Below are positions 36,965 to 48,039 of a stretch of 48,039 nucleotides of DNA, piece after piece (positions within the stretch are counted from its first letter, which is position 1; each line of letters begins with the position of its first letter). Source of the DNA: Octopus bimaculoides. Lineage: Eukaryota. Below the pieces are notes generated by a model. That model ran no database searches and had not been told where the DNA came from. It saw only the letters and a list, made by a program, of their open reading frames with translations. Where the stretch lies: NCBI RefSeq assembly GCF_001194135.2, contig NC_069005.1, positions 21,195,696 to 21,243,734 on the forward strand. Reading direction: 5' to 3'. Both the position numbers and the translations under genes were made by a program.

Positions 36965-37186
36965 TTCTTTTGTTACCTTATTTCTGTTGAGATACTCTTT
37001 GTTTCTTTCAATTAATTTTAGATATAACAAAGAATTTAGTAAAATAACTTAGTTATCATTAAGCTAGTGTTAGGAACATAAATTGTGACTAAGGTTTGGT
37101 GGAAGATTTTAATTCAGAACTTTTGAAAACAAGACATTTGTACTACAGAACCAGAGGTGGTTTCAGCCAGGTTGGTATCAAAAGGG
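36965..37186. mobile_element. piggyBac-like MITE family 1
   Basis: TTAA flanks; interior is the reverse complement of 4463-4680. Confidence 0.75.
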
Positions 37187-37843
37187 TTAAAGGAATAATA
37201 AAGTGGGTGTTTAAAATTTGCTTTCAAGATCTTGATAATATACAGGCTTCAGTTGACTCCTTCCATCTACTATTGAAATGGAACATGCAGATTTTGAAAC
37301 AAAATTGGTTGAAGAATTGATTGAAATGAATATAGGTCATTAGTTAAAACACTGCTAAAGTCTTTTGTTGCCATTATTCTGTTGAATTCCATTTCTTCTC
37401 TTTCAATTTATTTGGAAAAATTACAAAGAATTTAATCAAATAATTTTGTCATGTTTAAGCTGGTGAAATTTTGATGGAAGGTATCTTAGAGAGAATATAC
37501 ATGTGCAGAGGCCCAGTCAACCTTAATTTCAACACCACAACTATCACCAAACACTCTACCCTTATCATCATCATCATTGTCATTGTTGTTGTCATCACCA
37601 CCATCATAAGTGCAAGAATGAAATTTTCTTGTGTGGGGTGCAAAACCAGGTCCAACCCAGAATGTTCAAAGTGTTTTCATTGCAGCCCCCTACAAAATTT
37701 TAGTGGGTATTGTTGCATCCTCTATACTCCCTGTTCCCAAGCCTCTGTGCATGTGTGTGTGTGTGTGTGTGTGATGTTCTTTTACAGTCATGAGCATTGC
37801 CATGAGCAAAAATGAGCATTGTCACTGTCATACAAGCAGTGGT

Positions 37844-38192
37844 GGAGGCGCAATGGCCCAGTGGTTAGGGCAGCGGACTCGCGGTTTCGATTCCCAGACC
37901 AGGCGTTGTGAGTGTTTATTGAGCGAAAACACCTAAAGCTCCACGAGTCTCCGGCAGGGGATGGTGGCGAACCCTGCTGTACTCTTTCACCACAACTTTC
38001 TCTCACTCTTACTTCCTGTTTCTGTTGTACCAGTAATTCAAAGGGTCAGCCTTGTAACACTGTGTCACACTGAATATCCTTGAGAACTGCGTTAAGGGTA
38101 CACGTGTCTTTGGAGTGCTCAGCCACTTGCACGTTAATTTCATGAGCAGGCTGTTCCATTGATCGGATCAACTAGAACCCTTGACGTCAAGC
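37844..38192 (+). mobile_element. tRNA(Arg)-like SINE, family A
   Basis: GGAGGCGCAATGGCCCAGTGGTTAGGGCAGCGGACTCGCGGTTTCGATTCCC head and shared body. Confidence 0.9.
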
Positions 38193-38395
38193 AGTGGTGT
38201 TTCTTTCGTTTCCAGTCCTTCATGAAAAGCATGTCTGGCCATGGGAAATATTATCTTGCTTGGAACCAGGTGAATGTTGGTGACAGGAAGAGCATCTGGT
38301 CGTGGAAACTCTACTTCAACAAATTCTGTCTGACCCATGCAAGCATAGAAAAGAGGACTTACATGGTGATAAGGATGATCAAGAAGGTTGGTTAA

Positions 38396-38613
38396 CCCTT
38401 TAGTGTTCATATTATTCTGTCAAATGCAATGCTTATTTGGTTTCACATTGTTTAGAATTAATCATACATTATCTTGTAACATCAAGATTACAATGATGCG
38501 AGTGTTTTTAGAATGGCATTGTAAAGTTGGTGTTAGAGGCTGAATCTGACCAGTTTAAACCTAAAACAGGTAGAATATTTTGGCCGGGTACGGCTAGTTT
38601 AAATGCTAAATGG
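38396..38613. mobile_element. piggyBac-like MITE family 2
   Basis: TTAA-CCCTTTAG...CTAAATGG-TTAA; interior homologous to 24949-25155. Confidence 0.75.
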
Positions 38614-38639
38614 TTAAGTAGCAGAACCGATTAAGTGGT

Positions 38640-39045
38640 ACTCTTACTCTCTTACTCTTTTACTCGTTTCAGTCATTTGACTGCGGCCATGCTGGAGCAC
38701 CACCTTTAGTCGAACAAATCGACCCCAAGATTTATTCTTTGGAAGCCTAGTACTTATTCTATCAGTCACTTTTGCCGAACTGCTAAGTTACAGGGACGTA
38801 AACACACCAGCATCAGTTGTCAAGCGATGTTGGGGGGACAAACACAGACACACAAACAGATACACACACATACATATATACATATATACGACGGGCTTCT
38901 TTCAGTTTCCGTCTACCAAATTCACTCACAAGGCTTTGGTCGGCCCGAGGCTATAGTAGAAGACACTTGCCCAAGGTGCCACGCAGTGGGACTGAACCCA
39001 GAACCATGTGGTTGGTAAGCAAGCTACTTACCACACAGCCACTCC
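38640..39045 (-). mobile_element. tRNA-derived SINE, family B
   Basis: Near-consensus copy. Confidence 0.9.
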
Positions 39046-39819
39046 CGGTACATAGAATGTTCCTTTACTTAATGAGTTCAAATGCTACTCTGGTCAACTT
39101 TTACATTTCATTCTTCTTTTTAGATAAGTGTAACTAGGACTACATTATGCAATGTATCCTTCCTGCACCGGTCTTGCTTTTGAAGTTGATAAGGTGTTAT
39201 TCGAGAAGGATTTAACTGCTATTTCTGCAAGGCTGACTGACTTCATTGAGTTTTCCCTAGCTGGCTCGTATCTACTGCAATTGCTAGTGTTGCTGCTGCA
39301 TTTGCTGCTGCTAACGTCAACAACATTGGTATTGCTAATGTTGCAGCAGCTTTTTTTTTTTTGTTACTGTTGTTGTTGTTGTTAGTGCAGCTGACATTAA
39401 CTACTGTTGCACTAGATGTTAAGACAGTAGACATTACTGCTGCCTCCCACCACAGAATAAGAAATGCTTCAAAAACAAAATAAAATCCACCTGGCCTCGT
39501 TCATAAACAACAAACTCCATAACATAAGAGGTAAGCTCTATTGGGTGAAATTTATCCTTGACCTGGTTGTTAATTACTATTCAAAGTTATTTCAATTCAC
39601 TTCACTGAAATCACTAATTTTCTTGGGAAAGGCATACATACCACAACGTCCCATTGTTCCCGATAGATCTAAAAAGCATTAAATCTATTTGAAAGAAATT
39701 CTGGAAAACATCCAGCTGGTGTGATAAAATAGTTGCTTCTAATTTAGACACCAGGGGGCAGTGGTGGTGGTGGTAGGTGGGTGGGTGTTGAAGTTAGGAA
39801 TATCTTTAATCTTTCATCT

Positions 39820-40182
39820 TTAAATTGCTTCAGTCATTAGACTGCGGCCATGCTGGGGCACTGCCTTGAAGAATTTTACACAAACTTATCAACCCCAGTA
39901 CTTATTTTTTTGTAAAGCCTGGTACTTATTTTATTGGTCTCTTTTGCTGAACTGCTAAGTTATGGGGATGCAAACACACCAACACCGGTTGTCAGGTGAC
40001 AAACATATACACACAAAGACACACACACATAGATAAAGATATATACAATGGGCCGCTCACAAAGCTTTGGTCGGCTCAAGGTTGCAGTGGAAGACACTTG
40101 TCCAAGGTGCCATGTAATAAAACTGAACCCAGAACCATATGGTTGGAAAGCAAGCTTCTTACCACACAGCTATCCCTATGCC
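39820..40182 (-). mobile_element. tRNA-derived SINE, family B (diverged)
   Basis: Matches family B. Confidence 0.8.
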
Positions 40183-40214
40183 TGTGTAATTCCTTCCAAA
40201 TTTGTCTACTCACT

Positions 40215-40253
<39 letters not shown>

Positions 40254-40549
40254 AGATGTGTGTTATAATGTTGGTTTATGTCTGTGCATCACCGAAAATT
40301 GCTCAGCCGCAGGTTGTGGATATGACTGTTATTTTCCCTGTCAACAGTTCATCTGTTGGCTTTGTGCCTTCAAACACATGTGAAATAAGATATCTTTTAC
40401 TAGCAAAAACAAAAAAAAAAAAAATTGAAAAAGGTAAGGGTTAGAGACAGGAAAGGCATCCATCCGTAAAACAATGCCTCATTAATGTAGTCAACTAACT
40501 AACACCAGAATGGAAAAAAAAACACGTAAAATGAATAAATAAAGAATGA

Positions 40550-41205
40550 AATATTGGCACAAAGCCTGCAAGTTCAGGATGGAGGTGCATGTTGATTATA
40601 TTGACTCCAGTGCTCAACTGGTACTTATTTTATTGACCCCAAAAGGATGAAAGGCAAAGCTGACCTTGGCAGAATTTGAACTCAGAACATAAAGATGGAT
40701 GAAATGCTGCTAAGAATTTTGCCAGCATGCTAACTATTCCATCAGCTCGCTACCTTAACAAAGAATGAAATATTGATTTCAAATTTTGGCACAAGGCCAG
40801 AAAGTTTGGGGGAGGGGATAAGTTTGTTACATCAACCCCAGTCCTCAACTGGTACTTATTTTATCGACCTTAAAAGGATGAAAGGCAAAGTCAACCTCGA
40901 AGGAATTTGAACTCAAAACATAAAGATGAAAGAAATGCTGCTAAGTATTTTACCCAGTGTGCTAATGATTCTTATTTCTTTATTGCCCATAAGGGGCTAA
41001 ACATAGAGGGGACAAACAAGGACAGACAAAAGGGTTAAGTCGATTACATTGACCCCAGTGCATAACTGGTACTTAATTTATCGAACCTGAAAGGATGAAA
41101 GGCCAAGTCGACCTTGGTGGAATTTTAACTCAGAACGTAAAGACAGACGAAAAACCGCTAAGCATTTCGTCCAGCATGCTAACGATTCTGCCAGCTCACT
41201 GCCTT
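40550..41205 (-). mobile_element. Three tandem SINE family C copies
   Basis: Three repeated cores GAAAGGATGAAAGGCAAAG; the last unit has the Tx1-like tail. Confidence 0.85.
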
Positions 41206-41438
41206 AACGAAGAATAATATAGCAAAATGTCTTAAAAATTGTTAGCACTCTGTCACTTNNNNNNNNNNNNNNNNNNNNNNNNNNNNNNNNNNNNNNNNNN
41301 NNNNNNNNNNNNNNNNNNNNNNNNNNNNNNNNNNNNNNNNNNNNNNNNNNNNNNNNNNNNNNNNNNNNNNNNNNNNNNNNNNNNNNNNNNNNNNNNNNNN
41401 NNNNNNNNNNNNNNNNNNNNNNNNNNNNNNNNNNNNNN

Positions 41439-41789
41439 GGTTCCAGTTGATCCGATCAACGGAACAGCCTGCTCGTGAAATTAACGTGCAAGTGGCTGAG
41501 CACTCCACAGACATGTGTACCCTTAACGTAGTTCTCGGGGATATTCAGCGTGACACAGTGTGACAAGGCTGACCCTTTGAATTACAGGCACAACAGAAAC
41601 AGGAAGTAAGAGTGAGAGAAAGTTGTGGTGAAAGAGTACAGCAGGGTTTGCCACCATCCCCTGCCGGAGCCTCGTGGAGTTTTTAGGTGTTTTCGCTCAA
41701 TAAACACTCACAACGCCCGGTCTGGGAATCGAAACCGGGATCCTATGACCGCGAGTCTGCTGCCCTAACCACTGGGCCATTGCACTTCC
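41439..41789 (-). mobile_element. tRNA(Arg)-like SINE, family A
   Basis: Reverse complement of the family A sequence. Confidence 0.9.
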
Positions 41790-42169
41790 ACGTCTTGAAA
41801 ATACATTTATATGAATTAGTCTGTTTATTACTATTACTCTTGGAATCCTGGAATCCCTTGTAACTTGTCATGGAACCCTAGGGTTCAGGAGAGCCCCTGT
41901 TAAGAAATGCTGTTGTAAAAACTAAGGTTACACTTAAGGTTCACAAGGTGTATCACTTCTAATTAGTTGGTGATCCTTCACAAAATTCAAATAAGACACA
42001 CTCCAGAGTACTTGCTCATATATATATTCAATGGTAACATGGGCATGGCGGTGTGGTTAAGAAGTTCGATTCCCAACCCATGATTTTGGGTTCAATCCCA
42101 CTGTGTGGCACCTTGAGCAAGTGTCTTCTACAATAGTCCTGGACTGACCAGAGATATAATAGAGATGAT

Positions 42170-42515
42170 GAGTAGAGATGTGTGTGTGCATCAGTGTGTG
42201 TGTGTTTCTGTGAGTGTGCACTGGTGTGTGGGTGCATTTGTATGCATTGGTGTGTGTGTATGCATGCATTGGTATGTGCATATTTGTGTGTGTATGCATT
42301 GGTGTATGTGCATTGGTGTGTGTGCATTGGTGTGTGTGCGCATTGGTGTGTGTGTGTGCATGTGTGCTTGGTGTGTGTGTGTGCATTGGTGTGTATGTGT
42401 GCATTGGTGTGTTTGTGTGTGTGTGTGCATGCATTGTATGTATGTGTGTATGTATTGGTATGTGTGCATGTATGCATTGGTGCATGTGTGTGGGTATGCA
42501 TTTGTGTGTGTTTAT
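42170..42515 (+). repeat. (TG)n punctuated by GCATTG
   Basis: Direct reading. Confidence 0.9.
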
Positions 42516-42821
42516 TTGTGATTCCTTGTCTTGGCATTATACTATAGCTGTAAACAAGCAATCATCGAAATTCAAGCTGTACTGTTCCTTTCCAGTTTTC
42601 TGAGGAAATGTGTCCAGTGATGGAGAAATACCTTGCTTGGTAATAGGTGAGGGTTGGTAAGAGGGAAGGCATTCAGCTGTAAAAAATATGACTGAACAAA
42701 TTTTCTCTGACCTGTACAAGCGTGGAAAAGTAGACGTTATAAAAGATGATGGTGCTACTGCTACACACAGACACAAACAAACATCTTAGACTTTCTCTTA
42801 AGAACAAAAACAAAAAAAGGA

Positions 42822-42984
42822 AATGGCTGTATGGTAAGAAGCTTGCTTCCTAACCACATAATTCCTGGTTCTGTTCCACTGTGTGGCACCCTGGGCAAGT
42901 ATCTTTTACTATAGCCTCAGGCCGACCAAAGCCTTGTGAGTAGATTTGGTCAACGGAAACTGAAAGAAGTCCATTGTATATATA

Positions 42985-43029
<45 letters not shown>

Positions 43030-43880
43030 NNNNNNNNNNNNNNNNNNNNNNNNNNNNNNNNNNNNNNNNNNNNNNNNNNNNNNNNNNNNNNNNNNNNNNN
43101 NNNNNNNNNNNNNNNNNNNNNNNNNNNNNNNNNNNNNNNNNNNNNNNNNNNNNNNNNNNNNNNNNNNNNNNNNNNNNNNNNNNNNNNNNNNNNNNNNNNN
43201 NNNNNNNNNNNNNNNNNNNNNNNNNNNNNNNNNNNNNNNNNNNNNNNNNNNNNNNNNNNNNNNNNNNNNNNNNNNNNNNNNNNNNNNNNNNNNNNNNNNN
43301 NNNNNNNNNNNNNNNNNNNNNNNNNNNNNNNNNNNNNNNNNNNNNNNNNNNNNNNNNNNNNNNNNNNNNNNNNNNNNNNNNNNNNNNNNNNNNNNNNNNN
43401 NNNNNNNNNNNNNNNNNNNNNNNNNNNNNNNNNNNNNNNNNNNNNNNNNNNNNNNNNNNNNNNNNNNNNNNNNNNNNNNNNNNNNNNNNNNNNNNNNNNN
43501 NNNNNNNNNNNNNNNNNNNNNNNNNNNNNNNNNNNNNNNNNNNNNNNNNNNNNNNNNNNNNNNNNNNNNNNNNNNNNNNNNNNNNNNNNNNNNNNNNNNN
43601 NNNNNNNNNNNNNNNNNNNNNNNNNNNNNNNNNNNNNNNNNNNNNNNNNNNNNNNNNNNNNNTGTGTGTGTGTGTGTATGTTTCCCCCACCACCACCACT
43701 TGACAACCAGTGTTGGTGTGTTTACATACCTGTAACTTAGCAGTTTGGCAAAAGTAATCGATAGAATAAGTACTAGGCTTATAAAAAATAAGTCCTGGGA
43801 TCGACTTGCTCAACTAAAGGCGGTGCTCCAGCATGGCCACAGTCAAATGACTGAAACAAGTAAAAGAGAGTAAAGAGTAA
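42822..43880 (+). mobile_element. tRNA-derived SINE, family B, with assembly gap in its internal (TG)n
   Basis: Head before and tail after the N-run. Confidence 0.85.
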
Positions 43881-45410
43881 CTTAAAATTCTTCAAGTTGG
43901 TGCCCCAGCATGGCCGCAGTCTAACGACTGGAACAAGTAAAAGACAGCAGATAAAAGACCAGCATGCTCGTATATGCAGTATTTCCTCTCTCTGCCATCT
44001 CTACAACAGCTTCTACTCTTATGAAGTAGAAAGCTGCAAAGTACCCCCCTCCACACAAGTCCACCTCCTGCCTTTCCTCACTCACCTTTCTTACTGTTTC
44101 ATCCCACTAACTTTGCNNNNNNNNNNNNNNNNNNNNNNNNNNNNNNNNNNNNNNNNNNNNNNNNNNNNNNNNNNNNNNNNNNNNNNNNNNNNNNNNNNNN
44201 NNNNNNNNNNNNNNNNNNNNNNNNNNNNNNNNNNNNNNNNNNNNNNNNNNNNNNNNNNNNNNNNNNNNNNNNNNNNNNNNNNNNNNNNNNNNNNNNNNNN
44301 NNNNNNNNNNNNNNNNNNNNNNNNNNNNNNNNNNNNNNNNNNNNNNNNNNNNNNNNNNNNNNNNNNNNNNNNNNNNACTGCTCAATCCCCTTCAGAATTA
44401 CTTCCCTTTGGAATTTCCTTGTTATCAAGGTTTTTTTTCTTCTGATTATTGCTTTTCATTTTTTTTCGTTTCTTTTTTCTTTTCTTTTTTTTTTTTCACT
44501 GTTAAGCATTGACCTACAAACAGTGACACTGAACATCATCTATATCAAATGCAACATTCTGGGTGGCCTGCAAAGGTCACGAGTACAAACAACTCCTCCT
44601 ACTCTAAATAATTGACAAAAAAAAAAAAAAAAAAAATTGCAAGGAAAGAATTCAAGCTTATTTATTAGGATAAAAGGCACTTAGAGACATACCATTAAAA
44701 TAATTTCATAATAACAAGAGATTAGGAGAAAAGAAATCAAACGAGACGCTTATTATTCTTTCAATAAATAATTATTAAAAACTTGGCAGCAAGTATGATT
44801 GCACTCATAATTGATTGAAGAATATTTTTCCTTTCATCTATTAAATATTTTATTACAAAACAGAGAAGATTCTTCGCTTAATTTCAACAAATTTCTGGTT
44901 TCTCTCGTGAAACATATTTTTTGTTTTGCAGCAGCCATTTTAGCACAGATCAGTATTCAAGATAATGTATTCCATCGATCACTATTTTTGTCCAGACTTA
45001 TTTTACATGTAGTTTTCTCCTAATTTTTCTGACCTCATTGAATTTTTCAGTTTATCCACATTGGTCTCTTTACTGGTTGAGGGTTGGGGGTTGGAGGAAT
45101 GGTCTTTCTTTTGTTTTGCGAAATGATAGAATAATATTAGAAGAAGTCTAGCAAATGGCTAAATAAATTTTGCATAAAATGTATTTATAATTTTTTTCCT
45201 AACTGCAAAGTTCCTTCATTAGAATATTGTATAAATACAGACAAAGACACAAATTCAGGTGTGTGAAGGTGGTGATGCTGGTGGTAGCAGCAGTGGTGGC
45301 AGTGCTTGTGATGGAGTTAACAGTTGAGTAAATACATTTCAGTAGTTGACTCATACCAATCCTCAAATGACAAAAGCTTGAAAATCAACCACGGCAGAAT
45401 TCGAACTGAG

Positions 45411-45450
<40 letters not shown>

Positions 45451-45452
<2 letters not shown>

Positions 45453-46004
45453 GCCCAGATGCAGTACCAGGCAGTGGCTCCCATGGCTTCTGATCTTAAT
45501 TGATTGGAAGTGTTATCATGTACTTTGTTTTGGCTTGGTATAAAAAGATGGGCTACAGCAAATATTCTGCTTAATACCACAGATTTGCTTGTCAGTTGTT
45601 TGACCTTAACCACTTGAGCATGTCCCTTGGTAGCTGACGATATGTGCATCTCTGATCATGAGCAGAAGTAGTGGGGGAGCATCATAGCCATGTGTTGAGA
45701 GGAATTCTTTGGGGTTTGAATAATTTACCTCTGGAAACATGGGTGTTTTGTTCACCCTTAAACAAACCTTATTCAGGGACCTTTTGAGCGGGATGGGCTA
45801 CTCGACCTGAAGAAAATTCTAACTGGGCCCCACCTGCGAGGTCATGTGCTGTTTATCTTGATATGAGATCACCATGTTGCACACATATGGTTGTGATGCA
45901 TGTGCCTGGTGTACCCTTATCAGACGGGTAGTCATGATGGGTATAATGGGCTTCGTATATTTTACCCCAGTGTCACTTTGATGGCATGCACTGCTCTCTC
46001 ACTC
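45451..46004 (+). mobile_element. 554-bp non-coding element inserted in (TAA)n (family E)
   Basis: (TAA)n on both sides; other copies at 17190-17475 (+), 35230-35725 (-) and a fragment at about 3090-3240. Confidence 0.75.
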
Positions 46005-46036
<32 letters not shown>

Positions 46037-46047
46037 CAACAACAATC

Positions 46048-46860
46048 GTTTCTTTATTGGCTACAAGGGCTAAATACAAAACAAAGAGGGACAATACAAA
46101 CGTACGGACATGTGGGGTTTAACACAAAAATTGAGTAGACAATAAAATAACAATGGCAATTAACAATACAATTAAACAATAAAAATTCTCCAAAAACCAG
46201 AGAGTTCCTCACAGGAACAACTAAGGAACCCTGCACATCTTTGTTATCCCAATCACCAGGTGCACCTCAGCAGGCACCTCTCTTCTCCTCAAATCCTCTG
46301 GTTTACAAGCGAAAGTTCAGAATAGGCACATTTACACAGGCCATCCTTGCCACATTCACCCACCTTTTAACAAAAATACTGAAAGCCAGAACTTTCTTCT
46401 CCACCTTTACTTCACTTTTCAAGTGGAACTTGAAGAAGTCAATGAGAGCTTGGCCAAAGAAGAAAGTATCTGTCTTCAGTCCTTTCAGTCTTGTCCACCT
46501 CACTACCTCCTTTGCCATAGCCACCAGACAGAGGAAAACTGCCTTTCCTTCCTGGTCAAAGGAAGGCGGCAGGGCTATCTTCATGATGGACTCGGCTGAT
46601 AACGCGATCCATCCTACAAGCATCAACAGCTGTTCAACAAAACTCCACAAGTCAGTAATGCACAGATACTGGACGAGTGCATGCAGGATGGTTTTATTGC
46701 CCTGCGCACACCTCGGACAAGCCTGTCTGACAGCACTTTTGTATCTGTAGAGCTTGTCTCAAACCGGTAGAGCTTCCCAGTAGCACTGCCAGGCCATGGA
46801 TTTCTGGAAGTTATCCATCAGCCCTGGCCTGAAAGTCCTCCAGAAAAGTCCAGTTAATTG
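46048..46860 (-). mobile_element. Tx1/L1-clade LINE 3' end (zinc-knuckle region plus 3'UTR)
   Basis: DNFQKSMAWQCYWEALPV*DKL...CPRCAQGNKTILHALVQ...LWSFVEQLL...KRWVNVARM; tail TAGCCCTTGTAGCCAATAAAGAAA. Confidence 0.8.
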
Positions 46861-46952
46861 ATCCCTTTCAATTAATTATTTGAAAGCTAAATCTCTTCAG
46901 CGGTAGATAAAGTTATACAAAATAATTTAAAATGATACATACATATATATAT

Positions 46953-47235
46953 ATCATCATCATCGTTTAACGTCCGCTTTCCATGCTAGCATGGGTTGGA
47001 CGATTTGACTGAGGACTGGTGAAACCAGATGGCTACACCAGGCTCCAATCTGATCTGGCAGAGTTTCTACAGCTGGATGCCCTTCCTAACACCAACCACT
47101 CCGAGAGTGTAGTGGGTGCTTTTACGTGCCACCAGTACAAAGGCCAGTCAGGCAGTACTAGCAATGGCCACGCTCAAAATGGTGTGTTTTACGTGCCACC
47201 TGCACAAGAGCCAGTCCAGGGGCACTGGCAATGAT
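46953..47235 (-). mobile_element. RTE 3'UTR/tail copy
   Basis: Near-identical to 32414-32741. Confidence 0.85.
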
Positions 47236-47282
47236 CTCACTCATTATTATTATTATTATTAAGGCAGCAAGCTGGCAGAATC

Positions 47283-47344
<62 letters not shown>

Positions 47345-47348
<4 letters not shown>

Positions 47349-47545
47349 TAAATTTACAGAAAGCAAAAGACAAAGACAAGTGAGGGAACAACAAGCAGGT
47401 ATACTAGTTTGACGCTCAGGAAGAATGGTAAAGTCTTTGACGTTTCAAACTGAGGCTCTTCAACAGAAAGGATTGAGAGGGAAAAAAATGGAGAGAGAAT
47501 GTAAAATAATGGAAAGAAAAATGTGTAGGGATTAATGGCTCAACA
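47345..47545 (-). mobile_element. Penelope pLTR-like fragment with hammerhead, next to (TA)n
   Basis: Same layout as 19723-19925; ends ...TTTAAACTA(TA)n. Confidence 0.5.
47435..47470 (-). ncRNA. Degenerate minimal hammerhead motif
   Basis: CTTT-CTGTTGA-A-GAGC-CTCA-GTTT-GAAA-C-GTC-AAAG; core A6 changed to U, canonical GUC triplet, stem I CTTT/AAAG. Confidence 0.55.
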
Positions 47546-47559
47546 TATTAATGTGTTTA

Positions 47560-47952
47560 TTCTTTTATTTGTTTCAGTCATTTGACTGTGGCAATGCTGG
47601 AGCACCACCTTGAAGGGGTTTTTTAGTCAAATAAATCAACCCCCAGGACTTATTTTTTTTTAATCCTAGTACTTATTCTATTGGTGTCTTTTACTGAATT
47701 GCTAAGTTGTGGGGACATAAACACACCAATACTGGTTGTCAAGTGATGGAGGTGGGGACAAACACAGACACAAAGACACATACACATAGATACGACAGGC
47801 TTCTTTCAGTTTCCATCTACAAATACAACTCACAAAGCTTTGGTCAGCTCAAGGCTATAGTAGAAGATACCTGCCCAAGGTGTCACGAAGTGGGACTGAA
47901 CCCAGAACCATGTGGTTGTAAAGGAAACTTTTTATCACACAGCCATGCCTGC
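47560..47952 (-). mobile_element. tRNA-derived SINE, family B (diverged)
   Basis: Matches family B. Confidence 0.8.
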
Positions 47953-47961
47953 GACTGTATG

Positions 47962-47998
<37 letters not shown>

Positions 47999-48039
47999 CA
48001 TTTTCCCAGGAAGGACATCCAGCTGTAGAAACTGCCAAA

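Noticed and set aside
39152-39385. ORF MYPSCTGLAFEVDKVLFEK... as an exon
   Set aside because: The region is a degenerate copy of a dispersed repeat also seen at about 3470-3560 and 10750-10800, and there is an in-frame stop just upstream.
45800-45850. CTGAAGA in family E as a hammerhead core
   Set aside because: No stem II plus GAAA follows.

Overview
AT-rich, repeat-saturated animal genomic DNA with about 15 assembly gaps. It is most likely from an octopus or other coleoid; this is inferred from recalled SINE families and microsatellite load, not from a database search. The only confidently identifiable host gene is MEPCE/Bin3 (7SK snRNA methylphosphate capping enzyme): one large minus-strand coding exon (ATG 6169 to splice donor 4703), with the C-terminal exons not visible in the window. 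The rest is a mosaic of tRNA-derived SINE families, LINE remnants (RTE, R4/Dong, CR1-like, Tx1-like), DNA transposon remnants and MITEs (mariner, Tc1, pogo-like, hAT, piggyBac-like) and microsatellites. The most notable unexplained signal is five minimal type-I hammerhead ribozyme motifs of the Penelope-associated kind, in at least three unrelated repeat contexts. One context is a tRNA-headed (Pol III) SINE-like element carrying a hammerhead, present as a head-to-head palindrome (21972-22546). Another is a 505-bp terminally redundant unit (36247-36830). A SINE family also shares its 3' tail with a Tx1-like LINE present in the window.
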